Source: a virus. Taken from it: DNA of 64,000 nt. Position numbers and translations under genes: made by a program. Location: the UHGV virus genome UHGV-0020956, one strand, 5' to 3'. Within the stretch, counting starts at the first letter, position 1, and each line of letters starts with the position of its first letter. Under the pieces are notes generated by a model, which was given only the letters and a program-made list of their open reading frames with translations, searched no databases and was not told the origin of the DNA. Below, one piece after another: positions 47,139 through 56,873 of the stretch.

Positions 47139-47942
47139 ATGACAAATATTACAAGATTTTTAAATGGTTTAAAGAGTGAACATACAAAGGTAGCATACGA
47201 GAATGATTTAAAACAGTTCTTTGATTTTACTGGTAAAGACGAAACTGAAATCACTTATGCTGATATTTACGATTACAAAGTGTCTATGAGTGAGTACAGC
47301 AGTGCTACAACAGCACGTAAACTGACAGCTATTAAATCCTATTTCAATTTTCTTTCTGACATGGAATTTATTTCTACTAATCCTTCTGCTAAAATCAAAA
47401 TTCCAAAAGTAAAGAATCACGAAAAAGAATATATCCCTATGGACGAAGCAAAGAAATTATTAGACGTTGCTAAATCCCCTAGAGATAAAGCTATCATTGC
47501 ATTATATCTTTCAACTGGTATGCGAGTTAATGAACTGGTGAATTTAACTGTAGAGCAGTATGAGAAAGATGAAATCGTATTTATTGCTAAAGGTGACAAG
47601 GAAAGAAAAGTATATCTTAATGATAAGTGTAGAGGATATATTAACGAATATTTAAAAGTTCGCAAAAATAGTGGTATTGATAATCTGTTTGTAAGTAATT
47701 ATGGTACACCTATGCGACATGATTTAATTGCTAAAATGTTAAAGAAAAATGCTAAAAAAGCAGGATTAAGTGAGGATATAACTAATCATAGCTTAAGGCA
47801 CAGCTATGTTTCATGTATTTGCGACAACTATGGTATTAATGTTGCGAAAGATGTTATAGGGCATAGTTCAACGAGAATTACTGAAAAATATGCACATAAT
47901 ACTCAAGATACAATTAAAAATGCCATGGTATCTGTTTTCTAA
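47139..47942 (+). CDS. tyrosine site-specific recombinase (XerC/D-like integrase)
   Basis: 267 aa; GMRVNEL (box I Arg), HSLRHSYVS (H-x-x-R), GHSSTRITEKYAH (catalytic Tyr). Confidence 0.8.
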   Translation: MTNITRFLNGLKSEHTKVAYENDLKQFFDFTGKDETEITYADIYDYKVSMSEYSSATTARKLTAIKSYFNFLSDMEFISTNPSAKIKIPKVKNHEKEYIPMDEAKKLLDVAKSPRDKAIIALYLSTGMRVNELVNLTVEQYEKDEIVFIAKGDKERKVYLNDKCRGYINEYLKVRKNSGIDNLFVSNYGTPMRHDLIAKMLKKNAKKAGLSEDITNHSLRHSYVSCICDNYGINVAKDVIGHSSTRITEKYAHNTQDTIKNAMVSVF

Positions 47943-47951
47943 GAGGTAAAT

Positions 47952-48134
47952 ATGACACGAGATTATGAGAAGTTATTAAGAGCAAAAATGCTTTTAGTCA
48001 AAGTACAAACATTGCTTTCTGAAACTTGTGGTGAGATAATTTCACCAGAAGAAAAGAAAACTTTGATTAAAAATGTAGAAAATTCAATTCAATTTTTAGA
48101 ACTAAAGTGTGATAAGTTTAATGAAAGTAGGTGA
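47952..48134 (+). CDS. hypothetical small protein
   Basis: 60 aa ORF. Confidence 0.3.
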   Translation: MTRDYEKLLRAKMLLVKVQTLLSETCGEIISPEEKKTLIKNVENSIQFLELKCDKFNESR

Positions 48135-48201
48135 TTTTCATATATGGAAGTTTATAAATTGTGGTATGAGTTAGTATAAAAGAGATAAAGGAGTTTGAAT
48201 A

Positions 48202-48663
48202 TTGAAGTCAATAATTTATAAGATGAAACTACTTGTAGCTGTTTTAACCATGTGCTACTTGTTTGTAACTACGTCATTTGCAGACGAAATGACTAAATTG
48301 AATCCGTATGACGAAATTGAAATTTCAGAAGAAGATATAGACCTAATGAGCTGTTTGGTCTACTGCGAGAGTAGGGGTGAAAGCATCGAAGGTCAACGTG
48401 CGGTGGCAGAAGTAGTATTAAATCGTTGCCTTAGTAGTGATTTTCCAGATAGCGTGAATGATGTTATTTATCAGAGGAAACAGTTTTCTACAGCTAAAAT
48501 GTTAAGTAAGACAACGCCTAACGAGGAAAATATTGAAGCCGTAAGATATGTTTTAGAAAATGGAAATACGTCACTATCAACAACTGAATATGTTTATTTT
48601 TCTACTGGTAAATCTAATGGTCATGGTTTTACTAAATTAGGTAATCATTGGTTTTCTAAGTGA
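48202..48663 (+). CDS. secreted SleB-family cell wall hydrolase (possible endolysin component)
   Basis: signal-like N-terminus; CLVYCESRGESIEGQRAVAEVVLNR is the SleB/Hydrolase_2 signature. Confidence 0.6.
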   Translation: MKSIIYKMKLLVAVLTMCYLFVTTSFADEMTKLNPYDEIEISEEDIDLMSCLVYCESRGESIEGQRAVAEVVLNRCLSSDFPDSVNDVIYQRKQFSTAKMLSKTTPNEENIEAVRYVLENGNTSLSTTEYVYFSTGKSNGHGFTKLGNHWFSK

Positions 48664-48670
48664 GGGCAAT

Positions 48671-48919
48671 ATGGAAAGAGTATATTATAGAGTAAAATTT
48701 AATAGTAAAGATGATTTATTTCAGTTCAACAAATGGGCTGACAGTTGCAGTTATAATATTGATGTTAGGTACAACAGTAAGGTTTTAGACGGTAAATCCT
48801 TAATTGGACTGATGGGTATGGATATTACTAACCCTATCATTGTTATCTTGTATACCGATAACGCTAATGATTTTGTTGAGAAATTTAGCAATATTATCCT
48901 TGACAAAATTGTAATGTAG
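48671..48919 (+). CDS. HPr-like phosphocarrier-fold protein lacking the His15 site
   Basis: 82 aa; KVLDGKSLIGLMGMDITNPIIVILYTDNANDFVEKFSNI aligns with HPr [31 protein letters not shown]; no GIHARPA His motif. Confidence 0.45.
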   Translation: MERVYYRVKFNSKDDLFQFNKWADSCSYNIDVRYNSKVLDGKSLIGLMGMDITNPIIVILYTDNANDFVEKFSNIILDKIVM

Positions 48920-49215
48920 TGGTATTATTGCTATATAAATCAATAAGAAAGGAGAAAATCAAGTTGCCAAGAATTAGTAAAAAGCAGAGAGTAATCAATC
49001 AGATTACAGAGAACTTGAAGCAGAAAGAAAAAGAAATTGCTATCAATGCGGCTATGGGTGGTTACTATTCAGCAATTAAGATTGTACAGGATATGATTAC
49101 CAAAGGTAAGAATATCGCAGACCTTAGTACCTTTTGTGCCACTGAGTTGTCAAGAAAAGAAACAGTAGAACAGGGAACTAAGAGTAAATATTTAAAAAAT
49201 AGTAAAGAAAATTAA
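48919..49215 (+). CDS. hypothetical protein
   Basis: 98 aa ORF. Confidence 0.4.
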   Translation: MVLLLYKSIRKEKIKLPRISKKQRVINQITENLKQKEKEIAINAAMGGYYSAIKIVQDMITKGKNIADLSTFCATELSRKETVEQGTKSKYLKNSKEN

Positions 49216-49229
49216 AGGAGATATTTAAC

Positions 49230-50240
49230 ATGAAGAATGTAAGACAGACAACTAACACAGGACTTTTAATTGGTACTCTTTCTGAAAAGAATACAGAAAT
49301 CAAGCAGATTGAATTAACAAAGGATGATAACACCAAGTTTAAGTGTAATGCTGTACAGGGAAATATCGTAGTTTCCACTGTAAACGGTGATTTTAATTTA
49401 AGAGTTAATTGTCCAGAGTGCAAGAAAGATGGTACAAAGACTAAGCTGTATGCAAACTTTGAAACACTTCATAACAGTTATGTATCTGCTGTAGAAGCCG
49501 CAAAGGATAAATCACTTACACCAAGTATTATTGGTGCTACTGTAGGACTTAGTTGTTGGGATAGATATAACCAGAATAGTGGTAAAATGGTTTCCTCACC
49601 ACAGATTAGATTGAGAGTTGTGAACAGAGAAAATTCAGATGCAGAATCTCAGACAGATTTTTCACTTGAAGGTGTTATTCGTTCTATTAAGCCAGAAATG
49701 ACAACTCCTAAGAGTGAAACAGAAGAAGCAGAGGAAACAGGTAGATTACTGGTAGAGTTTATTACAATTAACTTTAACAGTGAAGCAGAGCCTTATAGCT
49801 TAATTGTTCCAGAAGATTTAGCAGAAGCATTTGTAAATGGTTGGACTGATGATGATGGAACAGTAGTAAATGGTTATGCAGTAGGTGATACTTGCTGTTT
49901 AGGTGTTGAACTTGTTATGCGTCACGTAGGTGGTGAAAAGAAGAAATCTGCGGGATTTGGTAGAAAAGCAAAGGTAGCAGAGGGCTTTGATGTATTAGAA
50001 TTGGTTGTAATTGGTGGTGAGCCTGCTTACACTGATGATACCGAGGACGAAAAGAAAAAGCCTTTCACACCAGAAGTAATGAAAGAACTTATGAATGAGC
50101 GTAAGATGAAACTTGAAAAAATTGAAAAGGACGCAAAGGAAAATAAAGACAACAGTTCTTCTCAGAAATCAAGTGGTAAAGGTCTTGGTGGACGTAAGCC
50201 AAATGTGAATATGGCTGACATGGGTGACGCTCCTTTCTAA
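49230..50240 (+). CDS. putative ssDNA-binding/recombination-associated protein with SSB-like acidic C-terminal tip
   Basis: 336 aa; Cys cluster (FKCN...CPEC); C-terminal ADMGDAPF resembles the SSB D-D-D-I-P-F tip. Confidence 0.35.
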   Translation: MKNVRQTTNTGLLIGTLSEKNTEIKQIELTKDDNTKFKCNAVQGNIVVSTVNGDFNLRVNCPECKKDGTKTKLYANFETLHNSYVSAVEAAKDKSLTPSIIGATVGLSCWDRYNQNSGKMVSSPQIRLRVVNRENSDAESQTDFSLEGVIRSIKPEMTTPKSETEEAEETGRLLVEFITINFNSEAEPYSLIVPEDLAEAFVNGWTDDDGTVVNGYAVGDTCCLGVELVMRHVGGEKKKSAGFGRKAKVAEGFDVLELVVIGGEPAYTDDTEDEKKKPFTPEVMKELMNERKMKLEKIEKDAKENKDNSSSQKSSGKGLGGRKPNVNMADMGDAPF

Positions 50241-50399
50241 AAAACAAGTGGTTATGAGTTAGTATAAAGTGGTTACAAGCGGTTAGGATAGGTTAGATGA
50301 TAAATTGGTAGTCTAAAAAATTCAAACCGCTTGTACTAATTTAATAAGTAAAAATTGACATGAATAAAATATAATAGTTTTATATGGAGGAATTAAATA

Positions 50400-51434
50400 A
50401 TGGCAGACGAAAAGAAAAGAAATAATCCACTTTTAGACCTTGAAATTGAAGAAATGGTAGGAGGTTTAGCTGGTCAACGTGTTTTGTTATATTCTGGCAA
50501 TTCATTGGGAAAGACAACACAAGCTATGAAATGTGAAAGACCTTTACTTTTAATGACTGAGAGTGGTGGTAATGGTGTTAGGGGTTATAAAATTGCTATT
50601 AATTCTTGGGCTGATTTTACAACTAATGTAAATTATCTTACAGCACCACAGACAAGTAAAAAAATGCATGAAAAGTTTTTTACAGTAATTATTGATACTG
50701 CGGAGAACCTTGTTGACCTTTGTGAACAGTCTGTATGTAAAGAGTTTGGTGTAAGAGATTTAAGTGAAATTGAAGGAAAATCTAATGGTTATAAGATTGC
50801 TAGACGTAAATTTGCAATGCAGATTAATAAACTTACATCACAGGGATATTTTATTATTTTCATTGCTCACGAGGAAGTTGACGAGAATCACGTTGATGAA
50901 TTAACAGGTGAAACTACAACTTTTGTTCAGCCTAAAGGTTCTGGAAATGTTAAATCTTCTATGCGTATGATTAGAGATATTTGTGATTTTACAATTTATC
51001 TTAAATCAAATGGTATCGACCCAGAAACAAATGAAACAATAATGTCTACTGGTATTTGTAAGCAGACTTCTCATGTATTTGCTAGAAGCAGATATGCTAT
51101 TCAGACATTCATTGACCCATTTACTGCAAAGAATATGTGTGACGCAATGGAAAAAGCTATTAAGAAATCTGCTGAAAATGAAAATATTGGTCTTACTACA
51201 TTTAAGCCTTATGAAAACGTAACAACTAAAGAGGAATGGTTAGCTTTAATTCAGCCATATGTACAGAAACTTTGGAAAACTTATCCAGAATATATTAATC
51301 AAGTTGTTGCCGACCAGTTAGGAAAGGGTAGGAAGATTAGTTCTGCTACAGATGATGAACTTGCTTGTCTTGAAAGTATTTATAATAATTTTGTGGACTT
51401 CTGTTGTGACAGAGGAATTGTTGTAGAGGTGTAA
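50400..51434 (+). CDS. RecA-like AAA ATPase, Sak4-like recombinase candidate
   Basis: Walker A LLYSGNSLGKTTQ; Walker B-like IIFIAHEE; ~340 aa. Confidence 0.45.
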   Translation: MADEKKRNNPLLDLEIEEMVGGLAGQRVLLYSGNSLGKTTQAMKCERPLLLMTESGGNGVRGYKIAINSWADFTTNVNYLTAPQTSKKMHEKFFTVIIDTAENLVDLCEQSVCKEFGVRDLSEIEGKSNGYKIARRKFAMQINKLTSQGYFIIFIAHEEVDENHVDELTGETTTFVQPKGSGNVKSSMRMIRDICDFTIYLKSNGIDPETNETIMSTGICKQTSHVFARSRYAIQTFIDPFTAKNMCDAMEKAIKKSAENENIGLTTFKPYENVTTKEEWLALIQPYVQKLWKTYPEYINQVVADQLGKGRKISSATDDELACLESIYNNFVDFCCDRGIVVEV

Positions 51435-51435
51435 A

Positions 51436-51747
51436 ATGCCATTTCAACCTAAAAAGAAATCCAGATACAAACAAGTAAAAATAAGTAGAGAAACTTTTAT
51501 TAATCAGTATATAATGAGCATGAATACTGGGTTTAAATACATTGCTGTACTGATTAGGAACGATGAAGAAATAAAGCCGGACATTCATATTATTATGAAC
51601 GAGAACCAAGAAGAACGATTTAAAAGTTATCTGGACGATTATGATAGTAGTTTAAGAGAAAAAAGAAACAAAGCTAATCGGATTGTCGGTATCACGGCTT
51701 TTGATGAATTTAACGAAAATATTTTTTCACCATCAATGTTAAGATAA
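51436..51747 (+). CDS. hypothetical protein
   Basis: 103 aa ORF overlapping stop of upstream gene. Confidence 0.4.
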   Translation: MPFQPKKKSRYKQVKISRETFINQYIMSMNTGFKYIAVLIRNDEEIKPDIHIIMNENQEERFKSYLDDYDSSLREKRNKANRIVGITAFDEFNENIFSPSMLR

Positions 51748-52007
51748 AATTTCTTTTAGTTTATAAAGTAAATTTTTAAACTATTGTTATCGACTAAATA
51801 TATAAAAATAGCCCCGGCATTGTGAGTACCGAGGCGTAATGGTTATTTTGAGTATGATATTATATATTTAAAAACTTTTATTTTCATCTGTTAATACTTT
51901 TCTTTTTTAATGAAACTCTTTACTTTAATCGGTAAGGAGTTTCATTTTTTATATTGACAAATCATATAATTTGTGATAGAATTTATATATATTGAAAGGG
52001 AAATAAT

Positions 52008-52658
52008 ATGGAAGAAAAAATTAAAAAAGGCGATACAAAAGTAAAATGTAGATACTGTAAAAATAGTATTTATAAGAGCAAAAGTTTTACAAGTCCAGAT
52101 AAACCAAGAATGTATTATTGTAATGAAGAATGTTATAACAACGCAATAAAGGAATTATCGGCAAAAAAAACGAATAGTAATAATGCTGATAAGACAGCTA
52201 CTTGCCGTTGTTGTGGTAAAAAAATACAAAAAGATAAAGCTTTTATGACAAAACAAGGTTACTATTATTGTTCGGAAAATGAATATAACAATAAATATGT
52301 TGGTAGTGAAGCATATTTTGAGGAAACATTTCTTGATTATATTTATTTCGATATGAGCAATAAACAATGTGATTTTCCTTTACTACAAAGGCAAGCACCA
52401 CTGATACATGATAAATTTGGGTATAAGTGGACTGGTATGATAATAACATTGAAATTCTTCCACGAAACTTTAAAACTAGACTGGAATAGTGAATGGGGGT
52501 TAGGACAGATTTTTCCAAAATATTATATACAAGCTAGAGATTTTTGGAATCAACAAAGAAAAATCAAAGATATTACGGATAAAATTGAAGAAGATGAAAC
52601 AGTGTTTATTGAACGAAAGAAAAAAGAAACAAATATTCCTAAATGGGAGGAATTGTAA
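52008..52658 (+). CDS. hypothetical protein with duplicated Zn-ribbon modules (possible helicase loader/initiator)
   Basis: two copies of C..C-x14-YYC.E.(C)YNN; immediately upstream of and translationally coupled to helicase. Confidence 0.4.
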   Translation: MEEKIKKGDTKVKCRYCKNSIYKSKSFTSPDKPRMYYCNEECYNNAIKELSAKKTNSNNADKTATCRCCGKKIQKDKAFMTKQGYYYCSENEYNNKYVGSEAYFEETFLDYIYFDMSNKQCDFPLLQRQAPLIHDKFGYKWTGMIITLKFFHETLKLDWNSEWGLGQIFPKYYIQARDFWNQQRKIKDITDKIEEDETVFIERKKKETNIPKWEEL

Positions 52659-54164
52659 ATGCTTTATTCAGCGTCAGATGCTTCAATGTGTTTGGGGGTA
52701 TTATTACAGAATCCCTCTTTAACAATCAGTAAGAAGTTCCCTATTAATTCAGATGATTTTAAACCCATTTTATTCCATGAGATTTTATATAAATCTATAT
52801 CATGGTTATTTAAAAATGGTGCAGAACAAATAGACGAAATTGTTTTGGATAAATTTTTACAGAATTATCCAGAACAGTTAGAGGTTTGTACAGATAACAA
52901 TTATCTTGAATTTATAGTAACTATTAAGAAATTGGTTAATGTGGATAATTATGAACTGCATTATAATATTATTAGAAAATATAGTTTACTTAGAAAAGCT
53001 AAAGAATTAGGTATTGACATTACAGAATTTTATGACGAAACTAAACCAGAAGAAACAGAAGTAGAAAAGTTTAATCGTTTTTCCATGCAAGAAATCCTTA
53101 ATAAGATTGAGGGCAAAATGACCTCTCTTAGAATGGAATTTAATACAGAATTATGTAGAGAAACATTAAGAGCAGGTGATAAATGGGAAGATACTTTAAA
53201 TGGTTTTGAAAGTGAACCTGTTATTGGTGCTATACTTCAAAGTAAATATTTAACTACTTTATACAGAGGTTGGCAAAGAGGACATTTATTATTAAGGTCT
53301 GGTTCATCTGGACAAGGAAAGACAACAACTTCCATTGGTGATTTATGTAATGTATGTGCTAATCGTTATTGGGATTTTGACGAAGAAAAATATGTAGATA
53401 ATCCTTATAAATCTGGTGATGGATTTATGATTAATACAGAAATGGATTTATCAACTGAAATTCAACCTAAATTTATCTCTTGGATAAGTGGTGTTCCATA
53501 TCATAAAATCCTTGACGGAAAATATAATAAATTTGAAAAAGAAAGACTGATTGAAGCAGGAAAGATTCTTTATGAAAGTCATATTGAATTATTCGACCAA
53601 CCAGATTTTACAGCTACAAAGTTAAAAGAAATATATCGTCAATGTCATTTATGGGGAGCAAGTTATTGTTTTTTCGATTACATTTGGGATAATTCAGAGT
53701 TTGGAACTGAATATAAACAAATGACAAGTATTCCAATTCGAGAGGATAAGGTTCTTTTCCAGATTGCGACTACACTTAAAAGTTTATCTGAGGAATTTAA
53801 TATAGGTACTTGTACTGGTACTCAGTTAAACGGTAAAGAGCAAGAAAATGAACTTTTAGATGAAAGATGTATTTATGGCTCTAAACAGATTAAGACTAAA
53901 CTAGATAATGGTGCTATATTATCTTTCCTTAGACCTAAAGAGTTGGAACTTGTAGATACTTTAATTAATCGAAAAGGTTTTGGAACCAAGAAAAGACCTA
54001 CACATATTCTTCATAATTTTAAAACAAGATTTTCACGTTATGGACAGAATATCAAAGCATGGATTAATGTGGATATGGGAACTGGTAGAATAAGTGATTG
54101 CTTTTGCACAGACCAATATAATCAGCCGATTAACGTAGATAAGACAGATATTAAGTTAGGTTAG
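52659..54164 (+). CDS. DnaB-like replicative helicase
   Basis: N-terminal DnaB-N-like region (ASMCLGVLLQNP..FHEILYKSI..GAEQIDEIVLDKFL) and Walker A LLRSGSSGQGKTT. Confidence 0.6.
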   Translation: MLYSASDASMCLGVLLQNPSLTISKKFPINSDDFKPILFHEILYKSISWLFKNGAEQIDEIVLDKFLQNYPEQLEVCTDNNYLEFIVTIKKLVNVDNYELHYNIIRKYSLLRKAKELGIDITEFYDETKPEETEVEKFNRFSMQEILNKIEGKMTSLRMEFNTELCRETLRAGDKWEDTLNGFESEPVIGAILQSKYLTTLYRGWQRGHLLLRSGSSGQGKTTTSIGDLCNVCANRYWDFDEEKYVDNPYKSGDGFMINTEMDLSTEIQPKFISWISGVPYHKILDGKYNKFEKERLIEAGKILYESHIELFDQPDFTATKLKEIYRQCHLWGASYCFFDYIWDNSEFGTEYKQMTSIPIREDKVLFQIATTLKSLSEEFNIGTCTGTQLNGKEQENELLDERCIYGSKQIKTKLDNGAILSFLRPKELELVDTLINRKGFGTKKRPTHILHNFKTRFSRYGQNIKAWINVDMGTGRISDCFCTDQYNQPINVDKTDIKLG

Positions 54165-54800
54165 GAGTTCGTATAACATGATAACAGACGTTCTAAGGCT
54201 TTTAGCCATACAAGTTATTAAACTGAATCTTAAGGCAGTCCGTAAATGGATTTGCTTTTTAGATAAAATATATAATAAAATTAAGTAAACAAGGAGGATT
54301 TACAAATGGCAGTAACAGGAACTTTAAGGGAAATCACAGGTGATAAATACTTTTTTGTCAGCGCATAGGGAAACTTGTGCGTAGTGGTGCTTTTGGCATC
54401 CAATACTACTTGAATTGCTAGGAAACCTTAAAGTCATTCAAACTACAACGTAATACTTTAAATGGTATAAGCGTGAATGTGACGAAAGTAGAAAAAATTG
54501 AATGAATGGTGCATGGTTAAATCCTAAACACTGAAAAATAGGCAATTAGCAGGTAAGTCCGAAAGGAAAACTTCAACGACTATTCCTCTTGAGGGAAGTA
54601 CACACAAGCGTGTGGAAGTGGGTAGACCCTAACATATAATGTTGAGGGATAAGATATAGTCTGTGCTTGTATGAAAGTACAAGAAGTTCATTAGAGAACT
54701 GCATAGGAGTAGCGAACCTATGTGAACGACAACCTCTAATTATAACTAAAGTAACTTACGGTTTTTATATATTATTTAAACTAAAGTAATTCTTTTTATA
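54165..54800 (+). ncRNA. group I intron ribozyme core (5' part of IStron-like element)
   Basis: conserved R-like uucaacGACUA (54572-54582) and S element AAGAUAUAGUC (54651-54661) forming P7; P/Q-like agcgcauagggaaa / gugcguag; GC-rich island. Confidence 0.6.
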
Positions 54801-54851
54801 ATTTAACTTGACATTTATATAAATTTATGTTATATTAATTTATGAAAGGAA

Positions 54852-55976
54852 GTGATATTGTTGGAAAAGGGTTTTAAGTATAGAATTTATCCAAATAAGA
54901 AACAGCAAGAGTTAATACAGAAAACGTTTGGCTGTTGTAGATATGTTTATAATTATTTCTTAGATAAAAGAATAACTGAGTATAAAGAAAATAAAAAGAC
55001 TTTAAGTTTTTATGATACAAATAAAATGCTTACTCAATTAAAGAAAGAAAACGAATGGCTTAAAGAACCAGATAAAAATGCTTTGCAAATAGCGTTAAGA
55101 AATTTAGATAAAGCTTATAAAAAATTTTTTAAACAACAGTCTGGCTATCCTAAATTTAAGTCTAAGAAAAATAATTATCAATCTTATACTACAAGTTGTA
55201 ATAAAAAAGTGCATAAAGATACAATAAGGATTGAAAACAAACATATCAGACTTCCAAAATTAGGTTTTGTAAAAATTCGTGATAAACAAGTTCCGCAAGG
55301 AAGAATACTTAATGCTACTATATCGCAAGAACCAAATGGACATTATTATTGTTCGTTATGTTGCACTGATATAGAATTTCCACAATATCCAAAAACAAAT
55401 AAAAATGTTGGAATAGATTTAGGAATTGTAGATTTTGCAATCTTATCTGACGGTATTAAGATTAAAAATCCTAGATTTTATGAAAAGTCAGAAAAGAAAC
55501 TTGCTAAGTTACAAAAAGAATTATCGAGAAAAACAATCGGTGGCTCTAATTGGAATAAAGCAAGAATTAAAGTTGCAAAACTATATAAACATATATCTAA
55601 TCAACGCAAAGATTTTTTACAGAAATTAACTACTAATTTTGTAAGACAATATGATATTATTTGTATTAAAGATTTAAGTATTAAATCTATGAAAGAAATA
55701 AGTTCAAAAATTCGTAACAAACATTTGGAAGATGTTTCATGGTTTGAATTTCGCAGAATGTTGACTTATAAATCTACATGGTATGGAAAGATATTATCTG
55801 TAATTGATAGATATTTTCCTTCTTCACAAATTTGTCATTGTTGTGGTGCTAATGGAGGTAAAAAGTCTGTTGAGATTAGATACTGGATTTGTTCTAACTG
55901 TGGTTCAAAATTAGATAGGGACGATAATGCTTCTATTAATATTTTGAATGAAGGAATGAGAATTTTAAGTGTTTAA
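54852..55976 (+). CDS. tnpB: IS200/IS605-family TnpB (RNA-guided nuclease-type transposon protein)
   Basis: 374 aa; N-terminal KGFKYRIYPNKKQQELIQKTFGCCRYVYN; C-terminal Zn finger CHCCG..CSNCGSK and RuvC-III DRDDNASINILN. Confidence 0.85.
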   Translation: MILLEKGFKYRIYPNKKQQELIQKTFGCCRYVYNYFLDKRITEYKENKKTLSFYDTNKMLTQLKKENEWLKEPDKNALQIALRNLDKAYKKFFKQQSGYPKFKSKKNNYQSYTTSCNKKVHKDTIRIENKHIRLPKLGFVKIRDKQVPQGRILNATISQEPNGHYYCSLCCTDIEFPQYPKTNKNVGIDLGIVDFAILSDGIKIKNPRFYEKSEKKLAKLQKELSRKTIGGSNWNKARIKVAKLYKHISNQRKDFLQKLTTNFVRQYDIICIKDLSIKSMKEISSKIRNKHLEDVSWFEFRRMLTYKSTWYGKILSVIDRYFPSSQICHCCGANGGKKSVEIRYWICSNCGSKLDRDDNASINILNEGMRILSV

Positions 55977-56080
55977 ATAATATATAAAAACCGTAGGAAC
56001 TACGGGGTTAGCTTGGTAAATATTCTTGCAATAGTAAGAAGTTCCCAAGAATTGCGTAACTTTAGTTATGTGAGGTTCAG

Positions 56081-56554
56081 ATGATGCAGTTAATGATTAT
56101 GCTTGAAGATGAACCAGATTCAGATGTATTAAAGGATACATTAGAGGGTTTATCTGGGGAATTGGATACCAAAGCAGAAAATTATGTATACGTCATTAAA
56201 GAGTATGAGGGTCAGATTGAGAATATCAAGAAAGAGATTGAAAGACTGACCGCAAGAAAGAAAACAGCAGAAAACGCTATTGAAAGACTTAAGAACGCAT
56301 TATTATATGCTATGCAGACTACAAATACTAAAAAATGTGGCGGTAATTTATATACTATCTCAGTAAGAAATAACGCACCACAGTTAGGGCAGTTAGACGA
56401 AAGTCGTATTCCAGAAAAGTATTTTAATGTAGTTACTGAAAAGAAACTGGATAAGAAAACTTTGTTAGCTGATGTAAAAGTTGCCGAAAAAGAAGGAAAA
56501 CATATTGATGGTGTTGATGGTTTAAGAGTTAGTCAGTCACTTTCAATTAAATAA
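56081..56554 (+). CDS. siphovirus Gp157-family protein (replication/recombination module accessory)
   Basis: 157 aa, coiled-coil central region; size and position typical of Sipho_Gp157 next to Sak/SSB genes. Confidence 0.45.
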   Translation: MMQLMIMLEDEPDSDVLKDTLEGLSGELDTKAENYVYVIKEYEGQIENIKKEIERLTARKKTAENAIERLKNALLYAMQTTNTKKCGGNLYTISVRNNAPQLGQLDESRIPEKYFNVVTEKKLDKKTLLADVKVAEKEGKHIDGVDGLRVSQSLSIK

Positions 56555-56576
56555 TTTATATAAAGGAGAATAAAAA

Positions 56577-56873
56577 ATGATTCATGTAATTGACGGTTTT
56601 TATATTGTAGTAGATGCTTACCAGTATATCGCACAGGAAGATAGTGGTGCAAAATTATCATCTAAAGGGAAAGAGTACATTAAATGGAATGTACTTGGCC
56701 ATTATTCTTCCATTGATAAGGCTGTAGAAAGAATTATCACAGAACTGATTAATAGAAGAACAAAAAAGAAAACTTATGAATTGGCTGATTATCTTGCTGA
56801 TTATAAAGCTGAAACATTAAGATTAAAGAAAATGATTAAAGAATCGATGAAAGAAGTAAGCAGAACAAAATAA
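56577..56873 (+). CDS. hypothetical protein
   Basis: 98 aa ORF with RBS aaaggagaataaaaaATG. Confidence 0.45.
   Translation: MIHVIDGFYIVVDAYQYIAQEDSGAKLSSKGKEYIKWNVLGHYSSIDKAVERIITELINRRTKKKTYELADYLADYKAETLRLKKMIKESMKEVSRTK

Larger units (their letters stand above)
54165..56080 (+). mobile_element. IStron-like chimeric element: group I intron + IS200/IS605-family tnpB + IS right-end hairpins
   Basis: intron core upstream, tnpB ORF, 3' subterminal hairpins ccgtaggaactacgg (55991-56005) and gcaat..attgc; no tnpA. Confidence 0.6.

Noticed and set aside
54300-54362. 20-aa mini-ORF with RBS (aaggaggatttacaaATGgcagtaacagga...) inside the intron core
   Set aside because: It lies within the conserved ribozyme region and is too short. 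It is possibly a vestigial or P1-associated sequence, not counted as a gene.
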